Below are positions 48,391 to 50,682 of a stretch of 50,682 nt of DNA, one piece after another. The notes beneath the pieces were generated by a model. That model did no database searches. It was not told the origin of the DNA and saw only the letters and a list, made by a program, of their open reading frames with translations. Every line of letters begins with the position of its first letter. The stretch's first letter is position 1. The stretch is from positions 56,756,778 to 56,807,459 of the forward strand of contig NC_068983.1 of the NCBI RefSeq assembly GCF_001194135.2. The letters run 5' to 3'. The stretch is from Octopus bimaculoides (lineage: Eukaryota). The translations under genes were made by a program, and so were the position numbers.

Positions 48391-49295
48391 CTTCACATTA
48401 TGTAAATTAAATATATTAAATTGCTTAATTTAGTTTATTTGCTTTGCGTTATACCATGATGTCGATTTCTAAAAAGAATGAAATGGCGTTATGTATGATT
48501 ACTTATGAGCAGTAATATTAGGGTCTTTGTAATGAGCAAGCAAAAAAAAAGAAGAGTAATTGAATATATATGTATATANNNNNNNNNNNNNNNNNNNNNN
48601 NNNNNNNNNNNNNNNNNNNNNNNNNNNNNNNNNNNNNNNNNNNNNNNNNNNNNNNNNNNNNNNNNNNNNNNNNNNNNNNNNNNNNNNNNNNNNNNNNNNN
48701 NNNNNNNNNNNNNNNNNNNNNNNNNNNNNNNNNNNNNNNNNNNNNNNNNNNNNNNNNNNNNNNNNNNNNNNNNNNNNNNNNNNNNNNNNNNNNNNNNNNN
48801 NNNNNNNNNNNNNNNNNNNNNNNNNNNNNNNNNNNNNNNNNNNNNNNNNNNNNNNNNNNNNNNNNNNNNNNNNNNNNNNNNNNNNNNNNNNNNNNNNNNN
48901 NNNNNNNNNNNNNNNNNNNNNNNNNNNNNNNNNNNNNNNNNNNNNNNNNNNNNNNNNNNNNNNNNNNNNNNNNNNNNNNNNNNNNNNNNNNNNNNNNNNN
49001 NNNNNNNNNNNNNNNNNNNNNNNNNNNNNNNNNNNNNNNNNNNNNNNNNNNNNNNNNNNNNNNNNNNNNNNNNNNNNNNNNNNNNNNNNNNNNNNNNNNN
49101 NNNNNNNNNNNNNNNNNNNNNNNNNNNNNNNNNNNNNNNNNNNNNNNNNNNNNNNNNNNNNNNNNNNNNNNNNNNNNNNNNNNNNNNNNNNNNNNNNNNN
49201 NNNNNNNNNNNNNNNNNNNNNNNNNNNNNNNNNNNNNNNNNNNNNNNNNNNNNNNNNNNNNNNNNNNNNNNNNNNNNNNNNNNNNNNNNNNNNNN

Positions 49296-49332
<37 letters not shown>

Positions 49333-49344
49333 ATACTATGCACT

Positions 49345-49875
49345 TTCTTCCTTGTTCTTCAGTTTAAACTTCAAATTTCTAATCCCACCAAAATTTATCT
49401 GGAAATAATATCCCCCTTTCAGAATTTGTTCTTTCTCGTCTTGTTTCGTTGTCTTATGAGGAGACATCTTTTCTCTGTTTGTTTCTATGATGTTCTTTTC
49501 GTGTTGTCTCTAACTATATATGGGTTTTCATCTGTAAGTATTATTTCTTCCTCATCGAGCGATTATGTTATGGATACTAAAGATAGGAATGGCTAGTCGT
49601 GAGATGTTTAATTATCTCATTCTGACATTTGGCCTACAAATGTTACTTTTTATCTCCATATTTTGGCTGGTGGTGCTCGGAAAACTGGAGTATGGTGTTG
49701 CTGTTTTTTTTCTTTTTTACTGTTGGGAGTTGAAGTATTTTTGTCTTTATATTTCTTACATTTATTTATTTGTTTATTTCTTCGCTTTATATTTGCAGTT
49801 CTTCCAGGAAATGCCATTCTTGCTGATAAACGAGATAATTCGAGAACGGAGCGGAGTGAACGTTTTGACGGCGAA
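49345..49875 (-). mobile_element. Possible 5' UTR and start of ORF1 of a non-LTR retrotransposon (decayed)
   Basis: A short CpG-rich leader (TTCGCCGTCAAAACGTTCACTCCGCTCCG) precedes ATG GCA TTT CCT GGA AGA (MAFPGRTANIKRRNK..). A purine-rich, K/E-rich coding-like stretch broken by stops follows. No diagnostic motif was recognised. Confidence 0.3.
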
Positions 49876-50682
49876 NNNNNNNNNNNNNNNNNNNNNNNNN
49901 NNNNNNNNNNNNNNNNNNNNNNNNNNNNNNNNNNNNNNNNNNNNNNNNNNNNNNNNNNNNNNNNNNNNNNNNNNNTATATATATATATATATACACACAC
50001 ACATGCATATGCATATCTGTCTATATATCTATATATGTATGCATATGCATATGTATACGTATTTGTACATATATGCATATATGCATTGATATACATCCAT
50101 GTATGCATGTGTGTGTGTGTCCCTGTGTGTATGTATTACTTTGTCTGTAGATGTGTAATAAGGTAAAACGAAACATAGACATATTTGTTTACAACCTTTT
50201 GTTGATCTGCCGTTCTATAACTTCACATGCATATATACCGGAATGTATGCTTACATGCATTTAAGTATGCATAAATGTATGCAATTATACTTACATACAT
50301 ATTTGTGTGTATGTGTTTGTGTGTGTGTGTGTGTATGTGTGTGTGTGTGTGTGTGTGTGTTTCTGCGCTCATCTAAGCATGTACCTACGTACGTGTGTGT
50401 AACTGCATGTGTTTTTGCATGTGTCTAATTTTGTACGTGCATCTATATGTGGTTTTAAGCTACTCATTTACAAATAAATAATTATTACAGACAGTGTACT
50501 GCTAAACAGTCACAAGCAATCAATTCTTTTGTGGATGCAACTATAAAAAAACAGCCTGTATGGATTTATAAAGACATTAACATCAACAAGAAGAAAACAC
50601 AAGGAACAACAATGAAATCAACTGGGAAACAGTATTACTAACATGAATCTATTTTATATATATTACAGCATGTATATATATA

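Overview
Repeat-saturated, AT-rich animal genomic DNA with 14 N-gaps and no host protein-coding exon I can support. The tRNA-headed SINE families and the extreme density of (CA)/(TA)/(TATG)/(AAT)/(GAT) microsatellites suggest an octopus genome; this is inference from pattern recognition, not a database result. Recognisable content: (i) at least four tRNA-derived SINE families in more than 30 full or partial copies; (ii) decayed non-LTR retrotransposons, namely an R4/Dong-like RT fragment, two different restriction-like-endonuclease (REL)-type 3' ends, two RTE RT fragments and a Penelope-like RT fragment; (iii) DNA transposons, namely a DD37D Tc1/mariner remnant, mariner- and pogo-type MITEs with TA duplications, and hAT derivatives; (iv) many simple repeats. 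Nearly all ORFs in the supplied track are microsatellite or N-gap read-through. The most interesting signals concern the coupling of retroelements and microsatellites: one REL-LINE 3' end embedded in (AAT)n, a second REL-LINE family in tandem and delimited by (CATA)n, and a SINE whose middle is a microsatellite nursery. Also notable are modular SINE chimeras and a MITE built from an 85-bp tandem array sitting in a palindromic site. I found no convincing new cellular gene system. SINE family labels A-D are my own.
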